From assembly GCF_009914755.1 (NCBI RefSeq), contig NC_060933.1: a stretch of 64,000 nt of DNA, one strand, 5' to 3'. The number at the start of each line of letters is the position of its first letter. Position 1 is the first letter of the stretch. Below are positions 31,251 to 44,937 of the stretch, piece after piece. This DNA comes from the human T2T-CHM13v2.0 reference genome, Homo sapiens. Under the pieces are notes generated by a model, which had not been told where the DNA came from, ran no database searches, and worked only from the letters and a program-made list of their open reading frames with translations. The position numbers and the translations under genes are program-made.

Positions 31251-33339
31251 CTCATTAAAATAAAGGCTTTTCTTATGGGGCAAAGAGATGTGGGGTTTTT
31301 TGCTATAAAGTCTTTCACTGTGTGTTTACTCTTTATTTTTTTCATTTAGGAAAACTTGTATCTTTTTTTCTAAAACTTACTTTATGACAGCATATTTATA
31401 TGTGTAAACTGTACTAAAAGAACAAAAATATTGAGTTTGATACGTACTAGTTAACTTAATTTACATATTTATTTAATGATATAGAAGAGGTGGATTCTAC
31501 TTTAGAATGCCCACTTTTAAAATAGGATCTAACATCAATATTATTTTTTCTGTTTTAATCCATACCTACCTGTCCCTAGTAAAAAGGTATAATATACTGA
31601 AAAGCTGAGGGGCCTGTGCTATGTTCTGTATTTTACAAATTGAAATTCTAAGCATGTTTTGAATTTAAGATTAGTTATTTAAATGTATTACGCATTTGAA
31701 AACTAGTGCTCTAGGAAGAAACACTATAAAATGTAATTAATAACTATGTAATAGGTAACATGTAATAAATAAATAATAAAGTTACATATATCGTGTATAT
31801 GTATATAATTTATAAACCCTTTGCATGTCCTAAAAATTAAGTAATAAAGGAAAAATAAGCAATGAGTGAATGTTTATTAAATTACAAACTCTGTATGAAC
31901 ACCAGAAATCAGAATAGCAAAAATATATTTAAAACATTAAAAAAAGAAAAATCATAAATATTTTATCTTGTTATTTGTTCCACATATCTGAAATTATGTA
32001 AGTTTACTCTTCAGAAAGTAAGAAAAGGTCAGCTAAATTAATGCCATATGTCAAAGTAAAAACACCTGTGAGTTCCCAGGTATATGCATGCACATACGTG
32101 TTTACAAACTACGCACTTGACATGCCATTTTTCTGTGCCTAAATTCTATAGAATGTTTCAACTAAATCACAATTATTGGTGATATATTTATGCTTGCTGT
32201 CCCCTAAAGCAATGAAAGAATGAGAATTAAAAGTTGCTGTCAAGCTACATTTGTATAATCATGCTGATAATAGCTTCTTGCCTCCTCCCAGAAACTTAGA
32301 TACTGCGTGACCTAATCTGGACAACCCCCAGAGGTGAGTCACAAAAATCACATGCATTCTTGCTATACAAAATATAAACAGCATCTTATTATTTTTCCTA
32401 TTTTAATTTCTATTGTGCTAACCTCAAAAAAGAAAATGTTCTACTTCTTTAAACCTATTATCTATAGCAAGGCATCAATTTTAAGAAATAAGATGAAGGT
32501 TATAAATGATCCCATATTCACTTCATAAATTTTGCCTACAATGTGAATATAAGTCATCTGCAAACATATGTAGATTAGTTTTATTTAAATACTTAGGAAA
32601 ACAAAGTAATTCAGCACTGTCCATGGCTTGAAAACGTACTCCAGTTCCATAACCTTGAATGTCTTCTGCTGACCTTCTTATTGCCTTACTCATCTTTTCT
32701 CCAGGCTTTTAGACACTACTTCTTGAAACCGAAATAGCATTTTAAATACATACCACAGAAATGCTTCACGTTGACCACTTTGAACTAGGTCAATTTGCAT
32801 TAATAACTTGGAGGGGAAAGATTCTAAAACCTATTAATCTCTAAAGGTCTCAAATGCCCTCTTGCCTTTATTCTTGCTTTCTTATTTTGTATGAAAGTCA
32901 CATATCTGACAAGTAGATGCCAAAAAGGTTGGTTTGACTGTGCTATCCATGGCACTCTTTCCTTTCAAGAGAAAAATGAAATTCATCAAAAAGAGAATTT
33001 TATGCTACATTATGAGCACCAAAACAGACACTCCCCAAAAGGAAGATAAGGACACCAGATAAAATGAGTTGATCTGAAAGGGCAAAGGACTGTCTCTACT
33101 TCCATTGTATCGATTTGTCATTTCTGTGGATTTCTTTTTGTTTTTAACAAAAAGACAGAAATTTTGGAGTAATGAATAGCTCTAGTTAGCCATATCTGAT
33201 GGCTAAGGATTAAACTTTTAGAAAGAGATCATATAATTAAAATTTGAATAGAAATATTCTAATGTACATTACAAAAATGCATGCTCTTTTAGAAAGATAA
33301 GCCTGAAGATAATATTATTTAATTTACCAAAAGTGTAAA

Positions 33340-33442
33340 CAAATACTTTTGATCATCAATATGTGTCAGCACTGTTCTAGGAAATTAATTTAGAGTATGA
33401 ATAAAAATAAATCCTTACCCTTACTGAGCTTACATATTAGCA
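33340..33442 (-). mobile_element. L2 3'-end fragment
   Basis: TATGTGTCAGCACTGTTCTAGG...TCCTTACCCTTACTGAGCTTACAT. Confidence 0.55.
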
Positions 33443-35087
33443 GGGCATAATATAGGATAGGAACTGAGAGTTCTCATTGAATATCACCTTGTCAGAGAAA
33501 GCTACGTCAGATTAATTAGCATCACCCTCAAGCATCTTATCTTTCCTTAATTTTCTACATGAAAATTATAATTTTCTGACATATATAATGCTTATATGCC
33601 TGCTTTTATCTCTGTCTCTCTTTCTCTTTATTTCTTTTTTTCTGATTAGATTTCCCAGATAACAGCCATTTGCAGATCATTGCAGGTGAGCTATGCAGTT
33701 AAAAATAAGGTTCACCCTGACCCTAGAATCTCTGACTTATTCCGACTTTATGAGTTGAGGAAATGACACATAATACTCATCCCTCCAACCAACCACCTAC
33801 CTTCCTTTGGCAGTTAACTTTGCAAAAGTTGTACGTTCCCAGAAGAGGGAAATATATCAAGCTGTTTTGTGGGACCTACAAAGCAGAAATGGCTCAATGG
33901 ACTGATGTAAATACCAGAGAAAAGTCTCTCCAGTGCAAGACAGTCACAGCAGGTGCTTCTGCCCATGGCAGCTAACCAGTGACAATTTAGAAGTGGGGAA
34001 GGCAAATTACTTGCTAGTCATGAGAGCTGTGTGACTTTGAGTCAGAGAAAAGGGAAATACAGATCAAGTAATCAAAGAGGTGTCTTTCTAGAGTTTGATG
34101 ATTGGTAAATCTTCAGAAGGTTGAGATTCGTGACCTTCCACAGAGAAGGCTTTCAGTTATATCGAAACTCTGGACCATCTTTCTTGCCTCTTGTATAGTT
34201 GATTACAGAATCCTAGCTTCCTGTCTTTTTCTATAAAAGGTCCACGGCCTTCTGTCAACTATCTGTCACTCAGGGACAGCTCTTTGGCTGCTTGCCGTTT
34301 CTCACACTGAATGCATCCATCTTCCTAAACAATTTCACTTTTGTGTATCAAAGGCACTGCTGAGAGCTGAGAGAAATGGTTCATCAAGAATCTGGGAAAG
34401 ACATATGACAGGAAGTAAAACATACTGAGCAAGAGGCAGAAACGGAGAAGGAAGAGCTAAAAACAGTAAAAGGAGAGTTCTAACAACAACAAAATTATGA
34501 TACCTGTTCCACTCTTCATTTCATTCTCTGTAGTTCTAACCACATTGTAATATTTCTGAAATGCAGTATTAGAGAGAGAGGAGAAAAAAATCAACAGTTT
34601 AGAGGTACAGGGGGAAGGCAACTAACTGCTTTCTGAAATCAATTTCTGGCATTTTGTTCTAGCAGTTTTTCCCTATTCATGAGGTTCCAATTCGCATTTA
34701 GTGTTGGGGATTTAGTGCTGACTGCAAATTAAAGATCTTCATTTATTCTCTCCTGTTGTTTTATTTTATAGTTATCATTCTATTTTGTAATACAAGAATG
34801 TAAACATCACAGTTTCCAAAATAATTCGTAATTTATGGATATTAATGTAGACTTAGCTGTCTTTGAATGAGCTTTCATTATATTGAAAATATTGTAAAGG
34901 CCAATATATTTTAATTTAGCAGCTGTTCATATAATGTCTGTTTATAAAATATAGCATGTTTGACTTATCCTTTAATATTAATATTCAAAAAAGCAAAAAC
35001 AAAAACAGCCTTTTTCCCTAAAATGAAACTACCAAAATGGAACAGTTGTACTTACTATACAGATTTTAAAAATAATGTATAGGTTAT

Positions 35088-35555
35088 ATTTCATAAAAGA
35101 TATGTATTAGCTGTATATTATGTGGGAGAGAACTATTATGACACTGAAAACACAATAGTGAACAAAACAGACAAAACTCTCCATGCTCTAAGGGCTTATC
35201 TTCTAGTTAGGGGAGGCTGATGTAAAACACAATAAGAACAACATAGCATGTGCCGGGTGCTGTTGAGGACAAAGAAGAAAAAAACTTAAGGTGGGGAGAG
35301 GAGTCAGGAATTTTAGGTTGAAGCAATTTGAAAATTTTCTCTTAAGGAGGAGACATATATGAGTTCCAACCTAAAATGGTGAAGATAACCATAAGGCATT
35401 CTGAAAGAAGAGTACTCCACAAAATGCTAAAAGATACTGCCAAGTCTGGGTTCAAGAAACTCTGGTGGCTGGAATCGAGTAAGGGTGAAGGAATTATTAG
35501 GAAAGGAGGAAGAGATGTACATGGGGACAGATTGTACAGCTTCTTGTTGGTCATT
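35088..35555 (-). mobile_element. L2 3' fragment
   Basis: ACAATAGTGAACAAAACAGACAAAA...GCTTATCTTCTAGT...GGACAGATTGTACAG, L2a-type antisense motifs. Confidence 0.7.
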
Positions 35556-35609
35556 CTATGTACTGAAAAATATTTTGTATCAGAAATATTTTGTCATGTG
35601 AGCTACTGG

Positions 35610-35925
35610 TTTTTTTGTTGCTGTTGTTTTGTTTTTTTGTTTTGTTTTTTTTAGACGGGGTCTCACTCTGTCGCCCAAGCTGTAGTGCAGTGACGTGATC
35701 TCGGCTCACTGCAAGCTCCGCCTCCCGGGTTCACGCCATTCTCCTGCCTCAGCCTCCTGAGTAGCTGGGACTACAGGCGCCCGCTACCACGCCCGGCTAA
35801 TTTTTGTATTTTTAGTAGAGACAGGGTTTCACCGTGTTAGCCGGGACGGTCTCCTCACCTCGTGATCCACCCACCTCGGCTTCCCAAAGTGCCGGGATTA
35901 CAGGCGTGAGCCACCGCGCCTGGCC
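35610..35925 (-). mobile_element. AluY
   Basis: GCAAGCTCCGCCTCCCGGGTTCACGCCATTCTCC diagnostic; many CpGs retained; short TSD-like TACTG(G/T)TTT. Confidence 0.95.
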
Positions 35926-38811
35926 CTTACTGTTTTCCCTTCTACGATAAACATCCTAATTGCTTCATTGAAATGGGAAATTAGTGGAAGGTTTAATCCC
36001 TTTGTATATTAAAAAGTTTTTTCACATAAATAATCATTTTGTTTTCCAAGAAATATGTTTTTCAAATTTATTGAGAGCCCAGTCTCTCAATAACACCTGT
36101 TTTGTAAATTATCTTTTAAATGTATAGTTTCTAGAGTTCTGCATCCTGCTCAAATGGTTTGACATAATTGTCTGGGCTGGAGCAAGTATCACCTAAAATC
36201 CAACACTGCTTTGTATCCATACGGGTTAATTTCCTTCAGGAAACCCACCATTTATTTTCCCATTGCATCACTTTTACTCCACTTACTTGAGTGAAAATCC
36301 TGCTCTTAGTGTGATGTCAAGAACATACTTTCATAATGTGAATTATTCACAAATCATCCTACATTCTCTTGACATAAAGAGAACAGGGCCTATCCACCGA
36401 AAAGGTGTACATCCCAAAAGGTGAGATAAACATAGAGTGACAAAGAAATCCAAAGAAATCTCTAACTCATCTTGCTATATTGTATTCCCTAATCCACAGC
36501 ACTATTCTAAATATGAAAGCAATAAATGAATAAAAACATACTTAAATTATTAGTAGTTGCTTTGTTATTAAACCCATCAAAGTCATTATTTTATTCTATT
36601 AAGGCAATCTATGATTCTACTTGATTATGTATCGATTGCCACACTTTACTTTGGGCTTATAATAGATTTGAAGTCAGTTGCATTAAAATTTAGCCAATGC
36701 TTTACCTCTTCAGACTTTTTTGTTAATAAATGTGCTTCTTTTTATATTCATTCATAATGCAATTTATCTGGTTTTACTTCCTCTAATGTTACAGCCCCCT
36801 GAGGTTATCTTAGATCCTGAATATCTCAATTCATGTGGCCTTTATCACTCTAGTTTCCTGTCATCTGACAATTTGTTGTGTCATGTAAGCCCTCATTCAC
36901 AGTAATGATAAAAAATGCTTAACATGTGATGCAACAAGCAATCAAATCCTGCCATATAAAACTAGATTCTTTCCTGTCCATTGTGGTTGACTTCCATTCT
37001 TAAAGCAGTTCACTAGATAAGATCATTTAGTCATGTTATAATTCTCTGCAAAACATCTCACAAATAAGTCTCAAATAATTTTTTCACAAGGACTTACTTA
37101 GCATTTTTGTCAGATATCTTTCTGAAATCCAAACCTTTTTTTTTTTTTTCAGTATTTCTCTGATATAACAGCCTAGTTGCTGCCATTAAGGACATTAAAT
37201 CCAGAAAGTGCATATTATTGCAATAAACCTAGCTCTTTGTGAACCTATGTTCACTGTTGGCAGTCACCACTCTCCTCTATATGCAGTAACAATCAATAAG
37301 CTTTTCCTGCTATGCATTGATAGTTGACAAATATTTTTAGTTTGCCTTCTACATAATTTTGTGATTGTGATTGGTGCTTCTTGAGACATACTTTTATTAC
37401 ATGTAAGTGGAGAAATCTTCCTTGCTACCTACTCATTTCAGAGGCCCAGTAATATTAACTAGGCTCTTTGTGAGATCTATGGAGAAAGGGCATTGCTCTA
37501 ACAACTGCTATTGTTGTTACAGCCTCTTAATAATTCATTCCGTTGAAGGGTGCTGTAATTTGGATGTTCCCCAGCTCCTTAAATACCCATAACAGCTGCA
37601 TAGCCACATCTTCTAATAAACGTGCTAAGAACTTAAAAGCTATCACATGTTTCAAAATCTTTAGTTTACAGCTATTCTACTGATATAGGGCAAAATTATG
37701 TCAAGTGGCTCATTTCAGGGGAATCCCAGGAGTCTTCCAAGTAGCTTTATTTAGAAAACCCTTGATGCTAGCAAGTACATTTTCTTGGACTTAGGTCAAA
37801 TTATTTACAAGAGCATGGCTCTGTTCCAGTTTCAGGGATTATGTGTTACAATTACCACACTGTGAACTCTACTGTAGTTTCTGTATCAGTTAGAGAAGGT
37901 GATTTCTCATGAGTTGCAGAAGACCCTGAAAATTAAGGCACTATGGTCTTCATATCTGATGACATGTTTGGTGAGAGTCACTTTTATTATTTTGATATCT
38001 ACTGTGGTCAACACATTTATTTTTAGATTAATAACAGTTTTTATTACAACATTTGAATATAAATGTTGCTTTTGGCTTTACCTCCTCAGCAAAAAGAAAA
38101 GTAAGAAGAAAATAGAATTGTCAATTTCTTAGCACAAAGAGATAAGCTATTTTCAGCAATTGTATACATATGTGTAACTATAAAAGTATCTGATCTAAAA
38201 TTAGTATTATGATCTATATATATTTAGATTGTACCTCTTTTCTTAATATTACTTATAATAATCTCTTTTCCAACAGTATAAGATATCCTACAAAAGTTGA
38301 CTTTAATGGTTATGTTATACATTAACATTTTCCTATCTCAAAACTTAACTAAACATTGCCAATGGTTAAATACTTTGGTTGTTGCCCATTTTTCAACACT
38401 ACAACTACTTTAAAAAGAAAAGTATTAGTACATAAAACATTCTAAGCATGTCTCAATATTTTTGTAAGACAAAACAGAAAAAAGTTACTTTGATAACTAT
38501 TTTTTAAGTTATTTTTATAAAACTATTAACTCCTGAAAGTGTGCACAATTTTATGTCTTTATTGATAACAGGTAAGTTTTCATATGCTCTAACACCAAAA
38601 TAGCCATGCTAATTTTAATTATAATTAAGAATTTGCCTCAGTTTGCCTTTTTATTGATTACTGGTGAGATTTAAAATATTTGTAGTTTATTATAAATTTG
38701 TATTTCTTCTTTGTGAGTTTTTTTAAACTACTTTTGTTTTAGATTGAAGTTATTTTCTTCTCTTTGCAGATTTTAATTTGTCCTGTACCAAATTACATTT
38801 TTTTTCTGCGA

Positions 38812-38969
38812 TTTATAATACCACCCACTACTTCAGAGGCTGAGGCAGAAGGATTTCTTTAGCCCAGAACATCAGGTCTGCAGTGAGCCGTGATTGTGTC
38901 ACTGCACTCCAGCCTGGGCAACAGAGCGAGACCCTGTGTCTATTTGATAACAAAATAATAATAATAATA
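38812..38969 (+). mobile_element. Alu right monomer (FRAM/AluJ-like) with (AAT)n tail
   Basis: GAGGCTGAGGCAGAAGGATTTCTTTAGCCCAG...GCACTCCAGCCTGGGCAACAGAGCGAGACCC. Confidence 0.85.
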
Positions 38970-39044
38970 TCATCATTGTATTTTACGTTTAATATTTTCT
39001 CATTCCTAATTGAGTTCAATTTTCATCCATTTTATGAGTTCTAA

Positions 39045-39376
<332 letters not shown>

Positions 39377-40040
39377 CAGTTGTTTCCATTTTATCTAGGG
39401 ACTAAATACCTGCACTTTTTTTTCTTGTTATTACCTTTAAATTATGACTATATAAACATATTTCTCTATTAAAGTAAAAAAGGAAGCATACCTATTAAAA
39501 CCAGTTCTGTAGCTTGAACATTTCAGCATTTCAGAATGTGTTGCTTTCTCTGTCTCATCTTACCATTCAGTGTTTCCTAGCTTTCAGATATCTTTGATAT
39601 TTATATTTTTATTAATTTTAACTATCTCAGTATTCTCTCATCAATTATTTTTGACATTCACTTTAAATTTAATGTTCCTACTAAGCCTAAGAGCAAAGTT
39701 TTCTGCTTTCCTTATACTGACATTTATTTTATGTCATCTCTTTCTCATTCTTATTTTCTACCTTGTACTCATTTCTGAGTCACCTGACATACTTCTGATA
39801 AATCAAAAATGACACTGTGGAGGCATATTTTTATAGTCCTTCTATATCTTTGTTGTATTTCTATTGACTTTACATATCACTGATAACTTTTCCAAATGGA
39901 CTTCTCAATTTAAAATTTTCCTCAATCTCATCTTTCTAGAAATAATTGTGAGCATATCCCCTTCTGGTTCCCACATTTCATGGAATAAGGTCTAGTTTAC
40001 TTGCTTTGTTCCTTTGTAGATAAACTTATTTTGTGTGTGT

Positions 40041-40251
40041 GTTCATGCTTATTGAATTTTAGGAACAGGGAAATGTTTACAAGCTTAATTTCTATAATAA
40101 GGCATGCATGAGTCTGAAGCTTGTCTCTGCCTCTTGTTAATTATCAATTATGCTAAGTTTCAGTTTTTTCTGAGGCAAAGGGAAGATCATAATTGGGCTA
40201 TTCTATACAATTATTTGAAGAAAAAAATAACAGAAAGAAAAGAAGTAGAGG
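40041..40251 (+). repeat. Local direct duplication, copy 1
   Basis: Ungapped match to 43582-43753 (18 mismatches in 172 bp by hand count), continuing at 44072-44124. Confidence 0.92.
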
Positions 40252-40699
40252 GAAAAAAGGAAGAGAAAGAGAGAGAGAGAGCACAAAGAACTTAGACTAG
40301 TGCTCAGCAAATAGTAAATACACAATGAAAATGACCTTTCACTAAATCTTGAAGTGGGGTTAGTTTCATTAATTGCATTTATAATTAGTGAGCTCATTCC
40401 ATCAAGATAGTCCACGTTATCTTTAACTTAGTAATATTATTTTCTATTACATCTTCTCCTTGAATTTAGCACATGTGTGTACATACACACACACAATTAT
40501 TTCAGGCTGGTCTTCTAACTCAATTTTTTTGTTTGTTTTTGTGTTTTTAGTATCTCACCTGCAGTTCACCCCTTCTTTTCTGTTTTGAATTTGGCAATTC
40601 AGTTTTTCATTAAAAAATAATCAAGATTCCTTTAATATATCTTCCCAAATAGAGCACCCACTTCTTCATTTTCTTACTCTTCTTTGTAGCAACAAAGCA

Positions 40700-40858
40700 T
40701 CTTATAAATTTGTCTATTGCCTACTTAACACTCTTTGCAGTAGAACTCTGTTGCTTTGTTTATTGCTGCACTCTCAGTGTCTAGAATAGCTTCTGGTATC
40801 AATTGGTAATTCATTAAGTATTTGCTAACAAATGAAGAAAATCAGTAAATGAATGAAA
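40700..40858 (+). mobile_element. L2 3' end
   Basis: TTTATTGCTGCACTCTCAGTGTCTAGAATAG...AAGTATTTGCTAACAAATGAA...AATGAATGAA. Confidence 0.65.
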
Positions 40859-41440
40859 ACTCTTAACTATTAGAATCACAACCATTAACTAATTTTCTAT
40901 TGCTTCTTGTTTGTTCCAGTGAAATTTGCTTTAACTCTTCTGTTTTATCCATCTCTTTTAGGTTTCCTATAGCTTCAGTTTGGCAATTTGTTACTACATT
41001 AGCCTTTGGCATAAGAAAAGTAACTTCATTGATCTGCACATAATTTTTTTGCTTGTTTCAAAGGAACCTTGGTGATAGCTAAGGAACTTTCCTGCTTCCT
41101 TCATTGACATTTTTGTCCTTATCAGGAAACCACTGTGAAAGTGCTGTTGCTTTACGTGGTACCCAGGTTGCTAGGGATCAATATTTTATATTCTCAATAT
41201 ATTACTTCCAGGTATGCTTTCCACAGTCACATATCTAGTTCTTATACAGTCAAGATATGCAATTGCATAATGCCCAATAGCTTGATCTAAACGATAGTTT
41301 GTAGCACACAAAACCAGATGAGCTTGAAATAACTTGTTTTTTCTCTAGTCCCCATGTGTTTTCATTATAATGAATTACAGCTCAGTATTTCTTTCTCAAA
41401 TATAGATTCACTTGAGGATATCTTTCAAGAAAAAAATCAG

Positions 41441-43153
41441 AATTTTCTTTGATATATCAAAATTGTACATATTTTGAGGGCACATGTGATTTATCATAAA
41501 TGTGTACAATGTGTAATAATTAAATCAGGGTCATTGGGTACCCATCACCTCACACATTTACCTTTAGAGTTGAGAACGTTACAATTCTTCTTTTCTAGCT
41601 CCTTTGAACTATGCTGTAAATTATTGTTACCTATATTTTCCCTATTGTACTGTCAAACACTAGACGTTATTTCTTCTATCTGTATATTTGTATCCATTAA
41701 CCAACTTCTCTTCATCTCCCCCTCACTCTTTCGCTTCCCCCATCATTCTTCTTTCTACCTTAAGGTCTTCTTTTTTTGCTTCCACATGTAAGTGACTACA
41801 TGCAATATTTGTCTTTCTTTGCCTGGCTTATTTCACTTAACATAATGACTTCCAGTTTCATCCATATTGCTGCAAATGACAGAATATCATTCTATTATAT
41901 GGCTGAATAATATTCCAATAGGTATATATACCACATTATCTTTATCAGTTCATCTTCTGATGGACACTTAGGTTGATTTCATATCTTTGCTATTGCAAAT
42001 AGTACTTCAAGAAACTGAAGCTTCAATATATTGATTTCTTTTCTTTTGGATATATACCCAGCAGTGGGATTGCTGATTACATGCTAGTTCTGTTTTTAGT
42101 GTCTTGAGGAATCTCCATACTGTTTTCCATAATGGCTGTACTAATTTACATTTCCATCAGCAGAGCTGAGTTTTATTTTCTCCACATCCTAGTCAGCATC
42201 TGTTACTTTTTGTCTTTTTAATAACAGCCATTCTAACCTGGGTGTGTCGATATCTCATTGCGGTTTTGATTTATATTTCGCTGATGATTAGTGATGCTGA
42301 TCTTTTTCATATGCCTGTTGGACATTTGTATGTCTTCTTTTGAGAAATGTCTATTCAGGTCTTTTGCTCATTTTTAATAGGGTTATTTGGCTTTTTGCTA
42401 CAAAGTTAAGTTCCTTATATAATCTGCTTAATACTTGTCAGATGAATAGTTTACAAATATTTTCTACCATTCTGTAGGTTGTCTCTTCACTTTGTCAATT
42501 GTTTCTTTGCTGTGCAGAAACTTTTTAATTTGATGTAATCTCATTTGTCTATTTTTACTTTTCTTGTCTGTGCTTTTGAGGTCTTAGCACAAAACATCTT
42601 TGCCTGGGTCAATGTCCTATAAGGTTTCCCCAGTGTTTCTTCTAATGATTTCATAATTTCAAATCTTGCTTTTAAGGCTTTAATCCATTTTGTGTCAATT
42701 TTTGCATGTGATAGAAGATGACGTTCTAGTTTTATTCTTCTGCATATGGATATCCAGTTTTCTCAGCACCATTTATTAAAGAGACTGTCCTTTCCCTGCT
42801 GTATGTTCTTGGTACTTTCGTTGAATTGAATTGTCTGTAAAGTGCTTGGCTTTATTTCTGCATTCTCTGTCCTGTTATATGTGTCTATGTGTCTGTTTTT
42901 ACACCAGTACCAGTTTGGTTTTGGTTACTATTGCTTTGTATTACAATTTGACATCAGTAGTGTGCTGCCTCCAGTTTTGTTTTTTGTTTTGTTGTTGTTG
43001 TTGTTGTTGTTGTTCAGGACTGCATTAGCTATTCAGGATCTTTTGTGGTCCCATACAAATGTTAGTATTTTTCTTTAATTTCTGTGAAGAATGTCATTGG
43101 TATTTTGCATTGAATCTGTAGATTGCTTGCCCAGTATAGATATTTTAACAATA
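41441..43153 (-). mobile_element. L1MA4/5-like 3' fragment
   Basis: L1MA 3' UTR (AATCAGGGTCATTGGGTACCCATCACCTCA) followed by ORF2 C-terminal DNA to TTGAATCTGTAGATTGC; contains a (TTG)n tract at ~42988-43014. Confidence 0.9.
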
Positions 43154-43581
43154 GAATGTTTCATTTCACTGGCTTACAAAAGTTATTCTTCCCTGTTTCA
43201 AGTACCAACGCACATTTTCTTCTTTATGGGGGGTATTTCTTTCATGATTTCAATTGAAATGGGATGGGGATTAGTGATAGTAATTAAAATTAAATGTTTA
43301 GACCAAACTACTGATTATAAACAAGTAACTTATAACCAAAGTATTCTTAATGGCTTGTATTGATTAATATAGCTAATCTAATAATTCAAGCATATTCATC
43401 TTACACATTTTGTTAAAATTTTAATATATCCACAAGACATATTTTACTATAGAAATCACATCCATTTCAAAGTTTTTACTACCCAATACGTTGATCACAT
43501 GTGGCCATCATTAAGTTGGTTATGTAAGGCAGCAGCTCTCCACTACTAATGGAAATAAAAGAAAGATGTTTTATTTTTTGC

Positions 43582-44124
43582 GTTCATGCTTCTTGAATTT
43601 TAGGAACAGGGAAATGTTTTCAAGGTTAGTTTCTGTAATAAGACATGCATGAGTTTGAAGTTTGTCTCTGCCTCTTGTTAATTATCAATTAGACTTAGCT
43701 TCAGTTTTCTCTGAGGCAACAAGAAGATCATAATTGAGCTATTCTATAGAATTTTATATATATATTTTTTGTTTGTTTGTTTGTTTTTGAGACGGAGTCT
43801 CACTTTGTCACCCAGGCTGGAGTGCAGTGGCACAATCTCGGCTCACTGCAACCTCCGCCTCCCGGTTCACGCCATTCTTCTGCCTCAGATTCCCGAGTAG
43901 CTGGGACTAAAGGCACCTGCCACCACGCCAGGCTAATTTTTTGTATTTTTAGTAGAGACGGGGTTTCACTGTGTTAACCAGGATGGTCTCGATCTCCTGA
44001 CCTCGTGATCCACCCACCTCGGCCTCCCAAAGTGCTGGGATTACAGGCGTGAGCCACTGCGCCCGGCGTCGATAGAATTATTAAAAAAAAAAAAAAAAAA
44101 AAAAGGAAAGAAAAGAAATAGAGG
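43582..44124 (+). repeat. Local direct duplication, copy 2 (interrupted by an Alu)
   Basis: Homologous to 40041-40251 on both sides of the Alu at 43754-44068. Confidence 0.9.
43754..44068 (-). mobile_element. AluY-like
   Basis: TTCACGCCATTC and CAGGATGGTCTCGATCTCC diagnostics; TSD ATAGAATT at 43746-43753 and 44072-44079. Confidence 0.93.
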
Positions 44125-44422
44125 AATAGAGGGAGAATATAATAGTAATTGTGCTCTGTTTGCACTTATGAATGTTACCCATAATGTGTTCTGAGTGTTA
44201 TCCATAATGTGTTTCTCATTCTTACTTATAGCTAAGAAGCTGTGGCACACATTCCCAGTGTGTCATCTTTCTGCACATGTAGAGATGAGAAGATTGGGGA
44301 TCAGTTGATTGGACTGCTACAAAAGCAAAGTTTTTCTGGCATCTCATGATTTTACTCTTCCTTGCATGTCATGGTTTTATCTAAAATAATTTATCTAATT
44401 TTTGATTAAGAATGTACCGTCT

Positions 44423-44686
44423 CACTTTGGGAGGCCAAGGTGGGCAGATCACGAGGTCAGGAGATGGAGACCATCCTGGCTAACATGGTGAAACCCCATC
44501 TCTACTAAAAATTAGCTGGGTGTGGTGGCGCACGCCTGTAATCCCAGCTACTCAGGAGGCTGAGGCAGGAGAATCCCTTGAACCCGAGACCCGAGAGGCG
44601 AAGGTTGCAGTGAGCCGAGATCGAGCTACTGCACTCCAACCTAGGCAACAGAGCGAGACTCCCTCTCAAAAAAAAAAAAAAAAAAA
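44423..44686 (+). mobile_element. AluSc-like, 5'-truncated, shortened A-linker
   Basis: Begins at CACTTTGGGAGG; TSD AAGAATG(T/G)ACC(G/T)TCT at 44408-44422 and 44685-44699. Confidence 0.92.
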
Positions 44687-44937
44687 GAATGGACCTTCTA
44701 TTTTTATTGTTCAATGATGCTCTGAGAACCATTTCCCCAAGAAGAAAGAAAAACAAGTGAAGTATCATCTGACTCAGATATAAGCAAACGATCCTGAATT
44801 TTCACAAAACAAGTTCCTCATTCTCTATGGAAAATAAGGCAGGGACTGCAGGAAAGTAACCAAAAACAGAAGGGTTAATAACACAAGAGAGAAAGGACAG
44901 AACAAGAAAGAAGAGGAATATTTGAAATGAACAGAAG

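Noticed and set aside
38550-38577. AG|GTAAGT recursive-splice-like motif
   Set aside because: Poor pyrimidine tract next to the AG, and it sits in T-rich, probably L1M-derived sequence.
40041-44124. Interpreting the 210-bp direct repeats as paired LTRs of a provirus
   Set aside because: No TG...CA termini, PBS, PPT or retroviral internal sequence; the interval holds older L2 and L1MA fossils.
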